A stretch of DNA of 64,000 bases from Octopus sinensis (taxonomy: Eukaryota): contig NC_043002.1 in assembly GCF_006345805.1 (NCBI RefSeq), positions 4,588,001-4,652,000 on the forward strand, in the 5' to 3' direction. The notes under the pieces are model-generated. The model worked only from the letters and a program-made list of their open reading frames with translations. It was not told where the DNA came from and made no database searches. Made by a program: the position numbers and the translations under genes. Within the stretch, counting starts at the first letter, position 1, and each line of letters starts with the position of its first letter. Positions 1 through 33,396 of this stretch are shown here, one piece after another.

Positions 1-309
1 TGGCAGTGCTTTTGTGTAGCACTGCAAGGCTACGGATTTCTGGAAGTTATCCAATAATTTTGAAAAGGCTCAAGACGTTTCTCTGTTTTCTCATTTCAAA
101 GAATTCAGTTTCTTTTTAGCGTCCTTTCTGCTGTCTCTCTATCTGAATCCATTTATTTCTCTTTCTTCCCCCCACCCTCTCTCTCTCTCTCTCTTTCGTT
201 CTTCATTTCTTCCTTTCTGTCTTTATATATTTCATTTCGTTCTGGCTGTTTGCGTACTTTTGATGCAACACTCTTTGCCTTTCGGTTATTCCATTTATTG
301 CTTGTCATT

Positions 310-678
310 GCTGCTTGTTTGTTTGTTGAGCGTCTCAGGACTGTCTGCAGTCCGAAACGTGGTCCTTTGCTATTCGTAAGACCCGCAGAAGAGAAAGCAG
401 GTCCACCCCCGACACCGAGACCATCGACGGATGGACGAATGCGCTTCCAGGCTCAGTAGTTGCGTAGGAAGTCGGGGACAAGAAACAGGAAGAAAGAGTG
501 AGAGAAAGTTGGAGCGAAAGAGTACAACAGGGGTCGCCACCACCTCCTGCTGGAGCCTCGTGGAGCTTTTTAGGTGTTTTCGCTCAATAAACACACGTAA
601 CGCCCGGTTTGGAAATCGTAACCGCGATCCTCCAACCGCAAGTCCGCTGCCCTAACCATTGGGCCATTGCGCCTCCAC
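310..678 (-). mobile_element. tRNA-derived SINE, head type A (GTGGAGGCGCAATGGCCCAGTGGTTAGGGCAGCGG), tail i
   Basis: Pol III A/B-box-like head; near-colinear copy at 29504-29884; (AAAC)n end. Confidence 0.75.
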
Positions 679-1258
679 TGTCATTGCTGCTGATCTTCTT
701 GTACATTGTTGTTGTTGTTGTTGTTACAGCTATCATCATCGTCATCATCGTCATCATCATTAACATCCTTAGCAGTAATATCGACTAGCTAATGAGGAAC
801 CACTACGTGGATCGTTCGACATGGGCTAAAAACAAGTAAAACATGACCGTCTCACATTCATACGAAAGATATAAGAATAAGTAATGTTGACGAGAATAAC
901 TGAGTAAATGAAATTTGGAAAGAGACGGAAACTATGTGAATCCTGTCAATATTTCAGTAATATAAGGCGACTATCTGACAGAATCGTTAGAACACCGGGA
1001 AAAACTGCTTAGCGGCATTTTGTTCGTCTTTACGTTCTGAGTTTATATTTCATGAGGTCGACTTGTTTTCATCCTTTTGGGGTCGATAAAGAAAGTTACC
1101 AGTTGAGCACTGACGCTGATCTAATCGGCTGAGCCGTTCCCCTCAGGTTCTGGCCTTGTGCCAAAATTTGAAACCAATATTTCAGTAATGTAAGGCGGTG
1201 AGATGGCAGAATCGTTAGCACACCATGCAAAACGCTTAGAGGTATTTCGTCAGTCTGG

Positions 1259-1490
1259 GGTGGCGAGCTGGCAGAATCGTTAGGACGCCGGGCGAAATGC
1301 TTAGCAGTATTTCGTCTGCCGCTGCGTTCTGAGTTCAAATTCCGCCGATGTCAACTTTGCCTTTCATCCTTTCGGGGTCGATAACTTAAGTACCAGTTAC
1401 GTACTGGGGTTGATGTAATCGACTTAATCCCTTTGTCTGTCCTTGTTTGTCCCCTCTATGTTTAGCCCCTTGTGGGTAGTAAAGAAATAA
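1259..1490 (+). mobile_element. SINE type C (GGCGAGCTGGCAGAATCGTTAGC...GAGTTCAAATTCC), the most abundant family here
   Basis: Further copies at about 13354-13585(+), 13855-14062(+), 18501-18730(-), 18993-19227(-), 26845-27058(+), 27330-27545(+), 33925-34156(-), 40181-40410(-), 49083-49311(-), 49361-49592(+), 57093-57310(+). Confidence 0.8.
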
Positions 1491-1589
1491 GATAGATAGA
1501 TAGATAGATAAATAGACGGACAGACAGATAGACAGACAGACAGATGGATAGATAGATAGACAGCCAGATAGATAGATAGATAGATAGAT

Positions 1590-2890
1590 ATGTTTCTTTA
1601 TTAGCCACACAGGGCTGCACACAGATAGAACAAATTACAAGGTAGAGCTTTTCTTTTGAGGTATTAGAAAAAAAAAAAAAAAAAAAAAAAAAGGAAGGGG
1701 GAGGTTCGATCAAAAGGGATCGTAAAAAGGAGGAGAGAAAGAGAAGAGGACAAAAATAAGGGGGGGTGGTTAAAAAAAAAAAAAAAAAAAAAAGGGGGGG
1801 AGAGGAAAAAAATGATCAATAGGGATCGTTATCACAGAAATGTCAATATGAAGTGTAAGGGGAGGACAGGTGAGGTTTACCGTGGAAAGAAAAGCCTGCG
1901 GAAAAGACCACGGTAACCTCGGTCAATGAAGTCACATTTTATATTCTTTTTTTTTTTTTTTTTTTTTTGCAAATAAGCAACTCTCTGTTTTCGATTTCTG
2001 GGTTCATAGGACTATGCTCAAGGTGGCTTCGTCATTCATACGTGCCATTCTTGCTACATTCACCCATTTTTTTTAAAACATTCGCTAGACAAAACTTGCC
2101 TCTCTACTCTCACTTTCCTTTTAAGTGGTACTTGAAGAAGTTGATGAGAGATTGACCAGAGAGGAAGTGTTTGTCTCCAATCCTTTCAGACGCGTCCACC
2201 AGATACATTCTTTCGCCATAGCCACAAGGATGATGAAAATAGCTCTTCCTTCCGTTGAAGGAAGGAGGCGTGACAATATTGACGATAGACTCAGCTTGAT
2301 AACCCGACTCGTCCCACACGTGACAGCAGTTGTTCGACATAAGCCCACAGGTCGGAATTGTTGGACACTGAACGAGTGCGTGCAGAACGGTTTCGTCGCT
2401 CTGACCGCATCTCGGGCAGGTCGGCCCCGTGTTCTCGAGCCGTGTCTGTAGAGCTTATCCCGAACGGGTGGGTAGCGCTTCTCGGTAGCACTGCCAGGCC
2501 AGGGATCTCTGGAAGTTGTCCATGGGCCCTGGCCCGAAAGTCGTCCCGAACAGGCGGGTCAGGTACTCCTCGTCGACGTCAGGTTCGCCCCGAGCTCGTC
2601 GTCGTACCTCCCCTCCACTAAACCCCTATAGAATGCTTTGGTTGTGTTGAAGTCACTTAAGGTCGACCAGGACGGCAGAGTTGCTTGAGAGCAACGCGAC
2701 ACTCGCGGTGCCATTCGCCCTTCCTCGGCCTCTTTTTAATCCACGACTGCAGTTCGGTCATGGAGACGAGCTGCGGAAAGCGTGCCTCACAAACGGCGAC
2801 CACACTGTTCACCGTCGTCTACTAGAGCCAGAGATGTCGCAGTCTCAGCGCGTGTCTGCGCATCATCAACCACGGCATGCCCAGCCCTCA
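1590..2890 (-). mobile_element. 5'-truncated Tx1/L1-clade LINE (ORF2 C-terminus with frameshifts + 3' UTR)
   Basis: Minus-strand frames give [11 protein letters not shown]..., [31 protein letters not shown]..., a zinc knuckle TCPRCGQSDETVLHALVQC and ...AKECIWWTRLKGLET. AATAAA precedes a (TATC)n tail; (GATA)n lies on both flanks. Confidence 0.8.
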
Positions 2891-5260
<2,370 letters not shown>

Positions 5261-5735
5261 TCCATTTTACTCAATGATTCTGAATCGGTGCTCCGCGGAC
5301 TTTATCAGGGATATAATTAAATGCTATGCAAAATTCATATCAATGCCTATGTTTCTCAGAAAACATATTATTCATAATTTGTATAAAAATATTTGTATAA
5401 AAATATTCCCTTCCCTCCGAGGTAACTATGCACCTATAGACCAATTTCTTGGTTTAGCATTTTGAGTTCAAGGGACATTCATTATCTCTAGTGCAGTTAC
5501 ATAGACCTGTTGTCTATTTCTTTTATTTATTGTGTTAATGACTTCACTAGAAGCCTTTCCCATTCTTTCTTCCTCCGATCTGGTATTATCTCTTAATTCC
5601 CTATGTGTATCAGTTTTGGTGCTGCCCTTCCTAGCGGTTCGTCCTTCTATTTCCATGCCTGTGGAAGAATTTGCTGGGGATGGTTCTCCTTGACTGTTGA
5701 GTTTTCTGTTAGCACACCATATATTATTATTATTG

Positions 5736-5800
<65 letters not shown>

Positions 5801-5819
5801 GTTGTTGTTGTTGTTGTTG

Positions 5820-5860
<41 letters not shown>

Positions 5861-5876
5861 GTTGTTGTTGTTGTTG

Positions 5877-5910
<34 letters not shown>

Positions 5911-5913
<3 letters not shown>

Positions 5914-6245
5914 GGCTCAGTGGTTAGAGCGTCGAGCTTACGATCGTGAGGTTGTGAGCTCGAATCCCGGACCGGGCTGCGTGTTGTGTTCTCGAGCAAG
6001 GCACTTTATTTCACGTTGCTCCAGTTCACTCAGCTGTAGAAATGAGTTGCGACGTCACAGGTGCCAAGCTGTATCAGCCCCTTTGCCTTTCTTTCCCTTG
6101 GATAACACTGGTGGTGCGGAGAGGGGAGGCTGGTATGCATGGGCGACTGCTGGCCTTCCATAAACAACCTTGCCCGGACTTGTGTCTAGGAGGGTAACTT
6201 TCTAGGTGCAATCCCATGGTCATTCATGACCGAAGGGGGGTCTTT
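5911..6245 (+). mobile_element. tRNA-derived SINE type B, young copy
   Basis: atggctcagtggttagagcgtcg...tcgaatccc head; nearly identical to 23265-23600. Confidence 0.8.
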
Positions 6246-6291
6246 ATTATTATTATTATTATTGTTGTTATTATTATTATTATTATTATTA

Positions 6292-6359
<68 letters not shown>

Positions 6360-7214
6360 CACATATACTTAACGTATATGTTTTGTGTATTTTCCGGTAG
6401 CGTGGTGTTAATAAAGCACCTCAGAATTATGGACAGGTGAGGTAACCCACCTCAATCCCATTTGGGAGAGATAGACATCGATGTGGCTTGTCAACATTAT
6501 GTACCTACCAGGACTGAATGTAAGTCACCTAGGCAGGCAAGGACTTACATGCTTGTAAATCCATGTGCTGGTAAGGCCGGGAAATTGCATACATGGGAGA
6601 AAATTTACATTAGAGAAAACTTCATCACAACTGTCCGACGAACAGAGTAACACTTTTGTGAAAATTTTGCAGCTATAAGAAAAGTATATTGCTCTACCGA
6701 AAGTATTCGAGAACCATTTTTCCGACTTGTTTTGCATTTATGTGTTTATTCTTGTGAGGAGAACGTGCATGTGTGTGAGTGCGTGCGTGTGTGCGTGTGT
6801 GTGGGTGCGTGTGTGTATGTGGGTGTGTGTGCGCACATCACTGTATCGAGCAGAACACTGGATGCACCACTGTTCACAATGCGTTCTCCGGCATTGTTGT
6901 AGCTTTCGAATGATGCCACCCACCTTGTTAGGCGGAAAGGCCAACGTACCTACAGAATAGAAGGTCATTCTGTCAGCCGTCGACGGCTGAGTGGGCTGAA
7001 ACTACGTGAAGGGAGTTCCTTTGATCACGAACACAACGCTCAGCCGGTCTACGAATCAAAACCACGATTTTGCGAGCAATACATTAACAACTAGTCCACG
7101 TGCCTTCACTATATGTATACAGGTACACACATGCGCGCACACACACATATATATAGAGAGAGCGAAAGATAGATAGATAGACAGACAGACAGACAGCCAG
7201 ACAGACAGACAGAC

Positions 7215-7295
<81 letters not shown>

Positions 7296-7353
7296 TGGAT
7301 ATATATGTATGTATATATATTTAGGTGTATGTATGTGTGTATTTGGTCTCATA

Positions 7354-7419
<66 letters not shown>

Positions 7420-9258
7420 CTGGGCAAGTGTCTTCTGCTATAGCCTCGGACCGAGTGGATTTGGTAGACGGAAACTGAAAAGAAGCCCGTCGTATATATG
7501 TATATATATATATATATGTGTATGTATGTGTATATGTTTGTGTGTCTGTGTTTGTCCCCTCGACATCGCTTGACAACCGATGCTGGTGCGTTTACGTCCC
7601 CGTAACTTAGCGGTTCAGCAAAAGAGACTGATAGAATAAGTACTAGGCATACAATGAATAAGTGCTGGCGTCGATTTGCTCGACTAAAGGCGGTGCTCCA
7701 GCATGGCCACAGTCAAATGACTGAAACAAATAAAAGACAAAAGACCAAAGTCTCGTAGCTTAGCAACCTTTCCATGAAAAGATGTATCGTCATGCAAAAT
7801 TCCACCTATTTTGGTGCGAAACTGTGGCCTACAACTGAAGGCGCGTAGCTTTGTGGTAAGAGCATTCAACTCACGATCGTAAGGTCGTGAGTTCGACTCC
7901 CGGCGGTGCATTGTGTCCCTTGAGCAAGACGCTTTACTTCATGTTGCTCCAGTCCACCTCATCCTGGCAAAAATGAGTTCCTGTAATTCAAAGGGCCAGC
8001 TTTGTCACGTTTTATGCCACGCCGAATCTCTTTGAGAACCACGCGACGGGGACGCGTGTCTGTAGAGTACTTAGTCCCTTGCATATTAATTTTACGACCA
8101 AGATATTCTGTTGATTCGGTCAACTGGAACCCTCGTCGTCGTAACCGACGGAGAGAGTGTGGCCTACAACTTTGATCATACATTTACTTTTATACATTAC
8201 GTTATCCATCTATCCACCGACTTGTATCCATTTTTACAAATATCTACCTATTCAGCGGTCTGTGATCCCATCCTCCATCTTGCCCTTCATTTCCACCATT
8301 CAACTAACCGACCATCTAACAATCCAGTTAACCATCAATCCAACCAATCAACGAACACAATATACAGAAATCTAACTGTATTAAGTTGGCCACCAATGGT
8401 TCTTCTTTCGGTTCTTAGGCAAGGTGATTCTAACCACCGTCTTCACCATCAAAACAACGCTGTCGGCAGTAATAGCAGCGAAAAAAAAATTATCACCACC
8501 ACCACCACCACTATCACCACCAGAATGAAAATAAGAAGAGCAATCGCAATAACAACAACAACATTAGCAAAAACTAAGGCAACGACCATCGCTGTTATTC
8601 CTATATTGTTATACCATGAGTATTACTACTACTATCGTTTTACAACAACTACAACTCTACCGCCACTACTACTACTGCTGCTGCTACTTCTCTTTGCCAC
8701 CACCACCACCACCATCACCACCACTACCATCTTCATGGCTTCCGTCACCGTCATCAAACGCCACCATAACAGCAACACTTCAGACCGATACCTTCACGAT
8801 CGTCACCATCACTACTACCATCGTCATCATCATCATCACACACATCATCTCCACCACCACCACCACTATTATCACCACCGCCATCATCACCTCCATGAAC
8901 ACAGAACACCACCACCATCGAATCCACAACTTCCATCCCTATCACCACATACTAGCACAATAACTCCAACAATCACCCCAACCACTAGAATCCACAAGCC
9001 ACCAATACCACCACCCCCAACAAACACCATCACAACCACTAGCGCCACCAAGCACTCCCCCCCACACACACATCCCTACCCTCATTTTTATTATCACAAT
9101 CATCGTTACCCACAAAATTTTCCACCGCCACGCTCAATCAAATCATAACCACACACACCACCTCACCCACCATCTCTACTACCATCAACTACGACCACCT
9201 TCCAGTACCATTATCACCACCACACCTACCATCACTATACCATCTACACTACCCCTTC

Positions 9259-9533
9259 CCAGGAATCCCTCCACCACCAGGAACCCCTCCACCACAAGGA
9301 TCTCCTCCACCACCAGGATCCCATCAACCACCAGGAACCCATCCACCACCAGGATCCCCTCCATCACCAGGAACCCATCCACCACCAGGATCCCCTCCAC
9401 CACCAGGAACCCCTCCACCACCAGGAACCCATCCACCACCAGGAACCCCTCCACCACAAGGATCCCCTCCACCACCAGGACCCCATCCACCACCAGGAAC
9501 CCCTGCACCACCAGGATCCCCTGCACCACCAGC
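9259..9533 (+). repeat. 18-bp minisatellite (ccaggaacccctccacca), about 15 units
   Basis: Units read directly, embedded in a (CAC/CAT)n low-complexity region. Confidence 0.8.
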
Positions 9534-10384
9534 ACTACCATCACCTCACAGGCCTCCTCAACTAAGTTAAGGCTTTTCACAATGTATTGAAAGCCGTATT
9601 TTATTGAATTAGCTCAGTCTATTATTACACAACAGCCCGTTCCTGTTTATCTAGCGCTAATCACACGGGTTAAATCATATTAACGTCGGGCAGCCCTCAA
9701 TTGTAACGTATGATGAAGGTTTTCCACCCCCCCCCACTCTCTCCTTCGCTCTTTCTCTCTGAACCGCGGCCATCGTCTCAGCTACCGTCGCCGTCCCAGC
9801 TGCTGTTTTCACTGTTGCCTTTTCTAATATTCTCCACCACCGCTTTTAATGTAATCACCATCAGCCAACGAGTGAGTCTTCATGTGGAGGTTCGGCCTGC
9901 TAGAAATAACAGCCTATTCTCCCTCAAATAACGCCTTGTCTTAAAAAGTAAAAATGTCATTCAATAATGTAGTCTTAGATATATTGACGTCAGGAAATGA
10001 GATGGGATGACAATGGCAGTAACTTGTTTGAATTTAGGCGTCCTTGACCAGGGTTGATATGGAACTAAGTAACAATTCGAACCAACGAGGTAACAAATCA
10101 ATCTGCTAGAAATAGTAGCCAAAAGTCACGCTTTTGAAGACAAAAAAAAACAGCAAGAAAGACTGTGCCGCAAAAATATATGGAAAAAACAGGAAAGCTT
10201 TTTGATCATAGTTCTGTATGATCAGAAGTGGTCCTGACCTGTACGAACCGTCAAATGAACCACTATATGGCTCTTGGTATGCTAGATATAGCAGTAAAAT
10301 CTCCTTCAGTAACATAGAGTCTTTAAAAACAAAAGACATATGATTTTGTAGTCGAAAGACAAGACAGTCATGGCTGGTCAGATC

Positions 10385-10686
10385 TTTTGTTTGTTTGTTC
10401 CTTCTCGAGCCACGCTTGGCTCATAAGAGCCGGTTTCCCTGTTTCCTTGGCGTATAGGTACCCATCTAGACGGGACGCCGGTCCGTCGCAGGTGGGCTGC
10501 AAGATGAAAGAGCGAGAGAAAGTTGTGGCGAAAGAGTTAGCAGAAGTTCGCCATTACCTTCTGCCGGAGCCGCGGGAAGCTTAGGTGTTTCGCCCATAAA
10601 CACATACATCGCCCGTTCTGAGATTCGAACCCGCAATCTTTCGACCGTGAGTCCGCTGCTCTAACCACTAGGCCATGTGCCTCCAC
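10385..10686 (-). mobile_element. SINE head A with tail ii
   Basis: Same head and body as 310-678, different 3' tail (cctgcgacggaccggcgtcccgtctagatggg...). Confidence 0.7.
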
Positions 10687-12208
10687 TGGTCTGATCATTG
10701 ATCATAGGTCAGCTTTATCAGAACAGCCCTAGGGTTGAACAGCAACAACCACAACAACAACAAATAAAGACACTTTGGACGATATAGACCAAAATACCTC
10801 TCAATTGGCGAGATGGCCACGGTTAGAACGCTTTTGATGATAGGCCCACTGGATTAAGGCTGGTTGATATATTCATGCTGTGAATTTCAATTCCAGAATT
10901 GTTCAACTTCAGAATTATTCAACTCAAGAACTTTATTTTTAAAAAAAGTAGAACTTTTACTCAGGAGACGAGAGCATAGGTGGTTCGATTCCTGGGAGCG
11001 GATTCCTTGTTATATATCTGCTTGTCGCAACAGCAGATGAGTCGTACATAGGCTTAGGAACAACGAGTATAAAGAGTGCAAGTTCACCCCTCAATTTTTG
11101 TTGGGCAATAAAAATGCTTTGAACATCCTCCTGCAAATCTAGGTTTGCATCCCCCCAGCACCTCAGCAATTTTCGTTCCTGCACTTATAGAGTTCGTAAA
11201 ATCTGAAGAATTCTATAAAATAACTTACAAATTAACATCTGTTTTTCTGGATCTATTGCCGCGAGAGTCGGCTTTGGTTTTCATCCTTCGAGACTATTAA
11301 ATGAGTAAATACCGGTTTATATTCTACATTTGGTTTAATTGAATTTATGAATTTAACCATGACCAACACTAAAACTTTTGCCACCACGACCACCACAACG
11401 ACAAAACTAACTACAGCAATCATCATCACAACAAACATGACTGTAGCAAATATCACGACCAACACAATAAAACCACGATCGCCATCACCACCACTACCAC
11501 CACAGCAACCACATAAAAAAAAACAGTTACTATCACTACCACCATTATCACATCTACTGCAAACATCCTCACCACCACAACTACCACCGCCACCGCTACC
11601 AATCACCATTATGATCAACAATACTACGACCACAACCACCATTACCCACCCCCCACCACTGACGTTATTACTACCTCTACTACAACCTCTACCCGACCTC
11701 TCCTAAAATCATGGGGAAGACTTTCGTTTGCGGATTGTAAGCGGGCGGAAGTGGAAGCAGTTATCGGACTTGGCTTTAAATGCAGTTAATGTAATTCCCT
11801 TCTAATCTATTTATTGTGTCTTGCTCAACTCGCCACCTTTGCCGTCGACACCACCACCAGCAGGAACAACACCACCGCCACCACAACCATAATCAGTTCC
11901 TCCTCCTCCTCCTCCTCCACCTCTTCCACCTCGTCCTTCTCACATTCTCTCTCTCGCTGTTTACTTCCACATCCCCAACGCACCTCACGCCATCTTTTAT
12001 CAATTCTCTCACTTTCTCTTTGTCTGTTTTTCTATCCGTCTTTGTTGTTTCTCTCCACTAACACACTCACACGCCCGTATATACATACATACATACATAC
12101 ATTCACACATACATACATACATACATACACACACACACATTCATACATGCATACATACATACATACATACATACATACATACATACATACATACATACAT
12201 TCACACAT

Positions 12209-12240
<32 letters not shown>

Positions 12241-12427
12241 TCATACATGCATACATACATACATACATACATACATACATGCATACATACATATATGCAT
12301 ACATACATACATACATGCATACATACACACACACACATTCATACATACATACATACATACATACAATCATTCATACATACATACATACGTACATACATAC
12401 TTACATAACTGTGAGTATATGCGGTGC

Positions 12428-12468
<41 letters not shown>

Positions 12469-12628
12469 GTGTGTGTGTGTGTGTGTGTATGTAGGCATCT
12501 ATATAAAATTTATTGATTTATAATCCAATTCTTTTCTTTCAATTTCTGCACACTACTTTTAGAGGGTTTCTTTAGCTTATTCAAACGTGGACCCTTTCAC
12601 AGCTTCCTCAACCCTGGCCGTACATACA

Positions 12629-12661
<33 letters not shown>

Positions 12662-13586
12662 GCGCATGTGTTTGAGTGTGGGTAGTGTGTGTCTCACTGT
12701 GTGGGGGGTATAGTTTCCTACACCCCTCTTTTCGGGCATTGCCCCTACACTCTCCTCGGACTCTCCAAGACTTAATGCCATTCCCAGACTGATATCCAAA
12801 TAGATCTAACGCAATTACACCACGGCTCTTCTAATACGGCAATATAACTTTTGAAAAAGAAATTAAAGGCTGGTTCCGACGAATGACGTACGAAATAATT
12901 CTCAATTAACTTAAATTAATTGTAGAAAGAAAACAATAATTATTTGTAGCTCTCTCTATCTCTCTCTCTCTCTCTACTACCTCTTTCTCTGTCTGTCTGT
13001 CTGTCTCTCCCTCCCTCTCTCTCTCCCTCTCTCTCTCTTAAAAATATAATCTTGCTACCAAGTGATCAAATACATTATATTGGTACGGCCCAAAATAACG
13101 GAAACGTGTCCACAGATTTCCCTGCTTTTATCCGTTAGTCGGTGGTGAAGCGCAGAGCGTATGACATTTTATTGAGCGTTTGAGGTGGGAGAAAGGGACG
13201 AATCTTTCAACAGAGTGGACGACGCTAAAAGCAGCCAAGGTACCAGGTGGGTGGCGATGGATTAAGTTTTATTACTCAAGTAGGCTATGATGGGATTTGA
13301 TCTCGGAACACAAAGATCAGAACACTTAACGATAAGTAATTTTGATGGTCAAAGGCGGCGAGCTGGCAGAAACGTTAGCACGCCGGGCGAAATGATTAGT
13401 GGCGTTTCGTCTGCCGCTACGCTCTGAGTTCAAATTCCGCCAAGGTCGACTTCGCCTTTCATCCTTTCGGGGTCGATTAAATAAGTACCAGTTATGCAAT
13501 GGGGTCGATATAATCGACTTAATCCGTTTGTTTGTCCTTGTTTGTCCTCTCTGATTTTAGCCCCTTGTGGGTAGTAACGAAATAGC

Positions 13587-13643
13587 TCTTTGAGCTCCTA
13601 ACACCAACGCACCTAAGGTGCCTTGGTGTTAGGAGCTCAAAGA
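13587..13643. repeat. 57-bp hairpin (21-bp perfect stem + C:C mismatch + 5-bp stem, 3-nt loop)
   Basis: TCTTTGAGCTCCTAACACCAA-C-GCACC-TAA-GGTGC-C-TTGGTGTTAGGAGCTCAAAGA. Confidence 0.9.
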
Positions 13644-14063
13644 TGGTGAGGTTGCTTTCGTCACCTCTTGGTGGATCTCTCTGCAATTGGGAAATTATAT
13701 ATTGTTCAACAATTTTCCTTGTTAATTGTTGTGTTTTGCTGTTTACACGTATAAATTCACTGTCTATCGTCTATGTATTGTCCCTTATGTTTTGTGTTCG
13801 GTCGTTATGACCAATAAAGAAAGAATTATTATTATTATTATTATTATTATTAAGATGGCGAGCTGGCAGAATCGTTAGCGCGCTGGACGAAATGCTTTGC
13901 GGTATTTCGCTCTACATTCTGAGTTCAAATTCACTGAGGCCGAGTTTACTTTTCATTCCTTTGGGGGTCGATAAAATAAGTACCATTTGAACACTGGGGT
14001 CGATGCAGTCGGCTCATCCCCTGCCTTAAAATTGCTACCCTCGTGGAAAAATTTTAAACCAAT

Positions 14064-14064
14064 A

Positions 14065-14129
<65 letters not shown>

Positions 14130-14860
14130 GCTTGACTTTTGCTTTGTATTCGTACAAGTTAACTCCAAGTCTCACCCAGAGATCTCAAGAGACAACAAGT
14201 TAGAAGTTCATGTTGGTGTTATGCCTAGGGTGCCATATATTTGGTTTTGTACTTAGTGTTGTACTAGTGAATGTTTAAGAAAGCATACGAAAATTATGTG
14301 TTTGTTTTAAATTTTGAGATTACATAGACAGTACTTTGCGTAGGATATGGGTAGTTCCCATGAGCACTATCTTTTGAATTTCTGCCATTTTGGGGTTTCC
14401 TGGTATCTGAACTAGGTAGCAATCAGCCCCTTTTGATATCATTCCTAGGGCACCTATGACAACAGGTATTGTTTTCGTCTTGAGGTTCCACATTTTGCCA
14501 ATTTCTATTTCAAGATCTTTATACTTGCTCAGTTTTTGGAAGGTCTTGTCAGATACGTTTATATCGATTGGGACAGTCATATCAACGAGGAGGCATGATT
14601 TTTACCTGAAGTCTCTCAATATGATGTCTGGCCTGTTCGCGTCTATCTTTCTGTCAGTTTGAATGGTGAAGTTCCAGAGGAGTGAGATGTGAGATTTTCA
14701 AGCATTCGGGATGGTTTGTGTTCTTACCAGTTTTTATCATGGGACAAGTCCAGGTTTCTGCAAATTACCCAGTGAATATATTGTGCGGCTCTATCATATT
14801 TTTATCTTCTTCTTTCAATTTTGTTTCCATTTCTTGCCGAGTGCCTTCCTGACACCTAGG
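14064..14860 (-). mobile_element. R4/Dong-like non-LTR retrotransposon 3' fragment (RLE endonuclease) with (TAA)n tail
   Basis: Minus strand: ...AAQYIHWVICRNLDL..., HISLLWNFTIQTDRKIDANRPDIILRD..LLVDMTVPIDINVSDKTFQKLSKYKDLEIEIGKMWNLKTKTIPVVIGALG. This is an RPD...D...K RLE signature. It contains stops and frameshifts. Clade assignment is by motif resemblance. Confidence 0.75.
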
Positions 14861-15094
14861 GTGATGATGATGATGATAATGATGATGATCATGTTCATGG
14901 TGATAGTGATGGTCATGATGATGATGATGATAACAACGATGATGATGTTGATGATACTGGTGATCGTGATCGTGGTGATAGTGATGGTCATGGTGATGAT
15001 GATGATGATAGCGATGATGATGATGTTGATATATGTATCCTATTCTTTATGTTCCTCTTTTTTTCTCTTTATTTTTCTCTCTCTTCTGATTCAG

Positions 15095-32359
<17,265 letters not shown>

Positions 32360-32783
32360 CCATTAATATGGCGGCCTTTGTCAAACTACGATACTTCGCG
32401 CTGACCGAAGCAATTGTTCTCAAACTTGGAACCAGAAGAACTGTTACCAAATCGTAGTAGAACAATTGCCGATAGAGCGAGCACCTATTATCTAACGAAA
32501 AGATAATCCCTGTGCTTTGGAATATAAGTCGAACAGAAACCAACTGAAACCGAACATATAAAACGCCATATCGGAGAGTATCAAAGGACCGCTAAAGGAA
32601 TCAAAAGACATTTTTCAATGAGAAAAAAAAAAAAGTAATTAAAGACAATATTTGAAAAAAATTCGTTTAGAATGAATTCTTCATGTTGATGGGCCAAAGA
32701 GTAGTTTTGATAAAACGAACTAAAATATTTAAATCTTTAAAAAATAATACTAAACAGTAGCTAGAATGATATTGTATTACATG

Positions 32784-32834
<51 letters not shown>

Positions 32835-33131
32835 TATTATTATATTATATATATGTATCTATACATATATATATACATATATGTATGTATATATATGCAT
32901 ATATGTCTGTGTATATACATATTCATTTAATGTATATACGTGTGCGTGTGTAAGTATGTATAGATATAAAAAAATGTGTATATGTATGCGTGTGTGTTCT
33001 TCAACTGTATTAATCTGAATATATATATATATGGATGTGTGAATGTGCACTGCATATATGTGTATGTATGTATGTATGTGCGTATGTATGCATGTTTGTA
33101 CGTGTTTGTGTGTAAACACACACACACATAT

Positions 33132-33167
<36 letters not shown>

Positions 33168-33338
33168 TATATAAGTGTGTATTTATATATTTATGTAATA
33201 TATAAGGCCACTAACAAGCGCATGTGTACATAAGTGCCATTAAAGGTGTAGAAAACTTAGAAAGCAAACATACGAATATACATAGCCTATTATTTTCACA
33301 CACACGCGCACATGTACATGTATATTCATATATATATA

Positions 33339-33396
<58 letters not shown>

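Noticed and set aside
5911-5990. tRNA-like sequences (also 57809, 1259, 41999)
   Set aside because: A/B boxes are present but they continue into SINE bodies and lack a complete cloverleaf; they are SINE heads, not tRNA genes.
8111-9148. 345-aa ORF rich in T, H, P
   Set aside because: Starts in a SINE tail and runs through CAC/CAT/TAC microsatellites; no domain or splice support.
9259-9533. CRISPR-like array
   Set aside because: Tandem units without unique spacers in eukaryotic DNA; an ordinary minisatellite.
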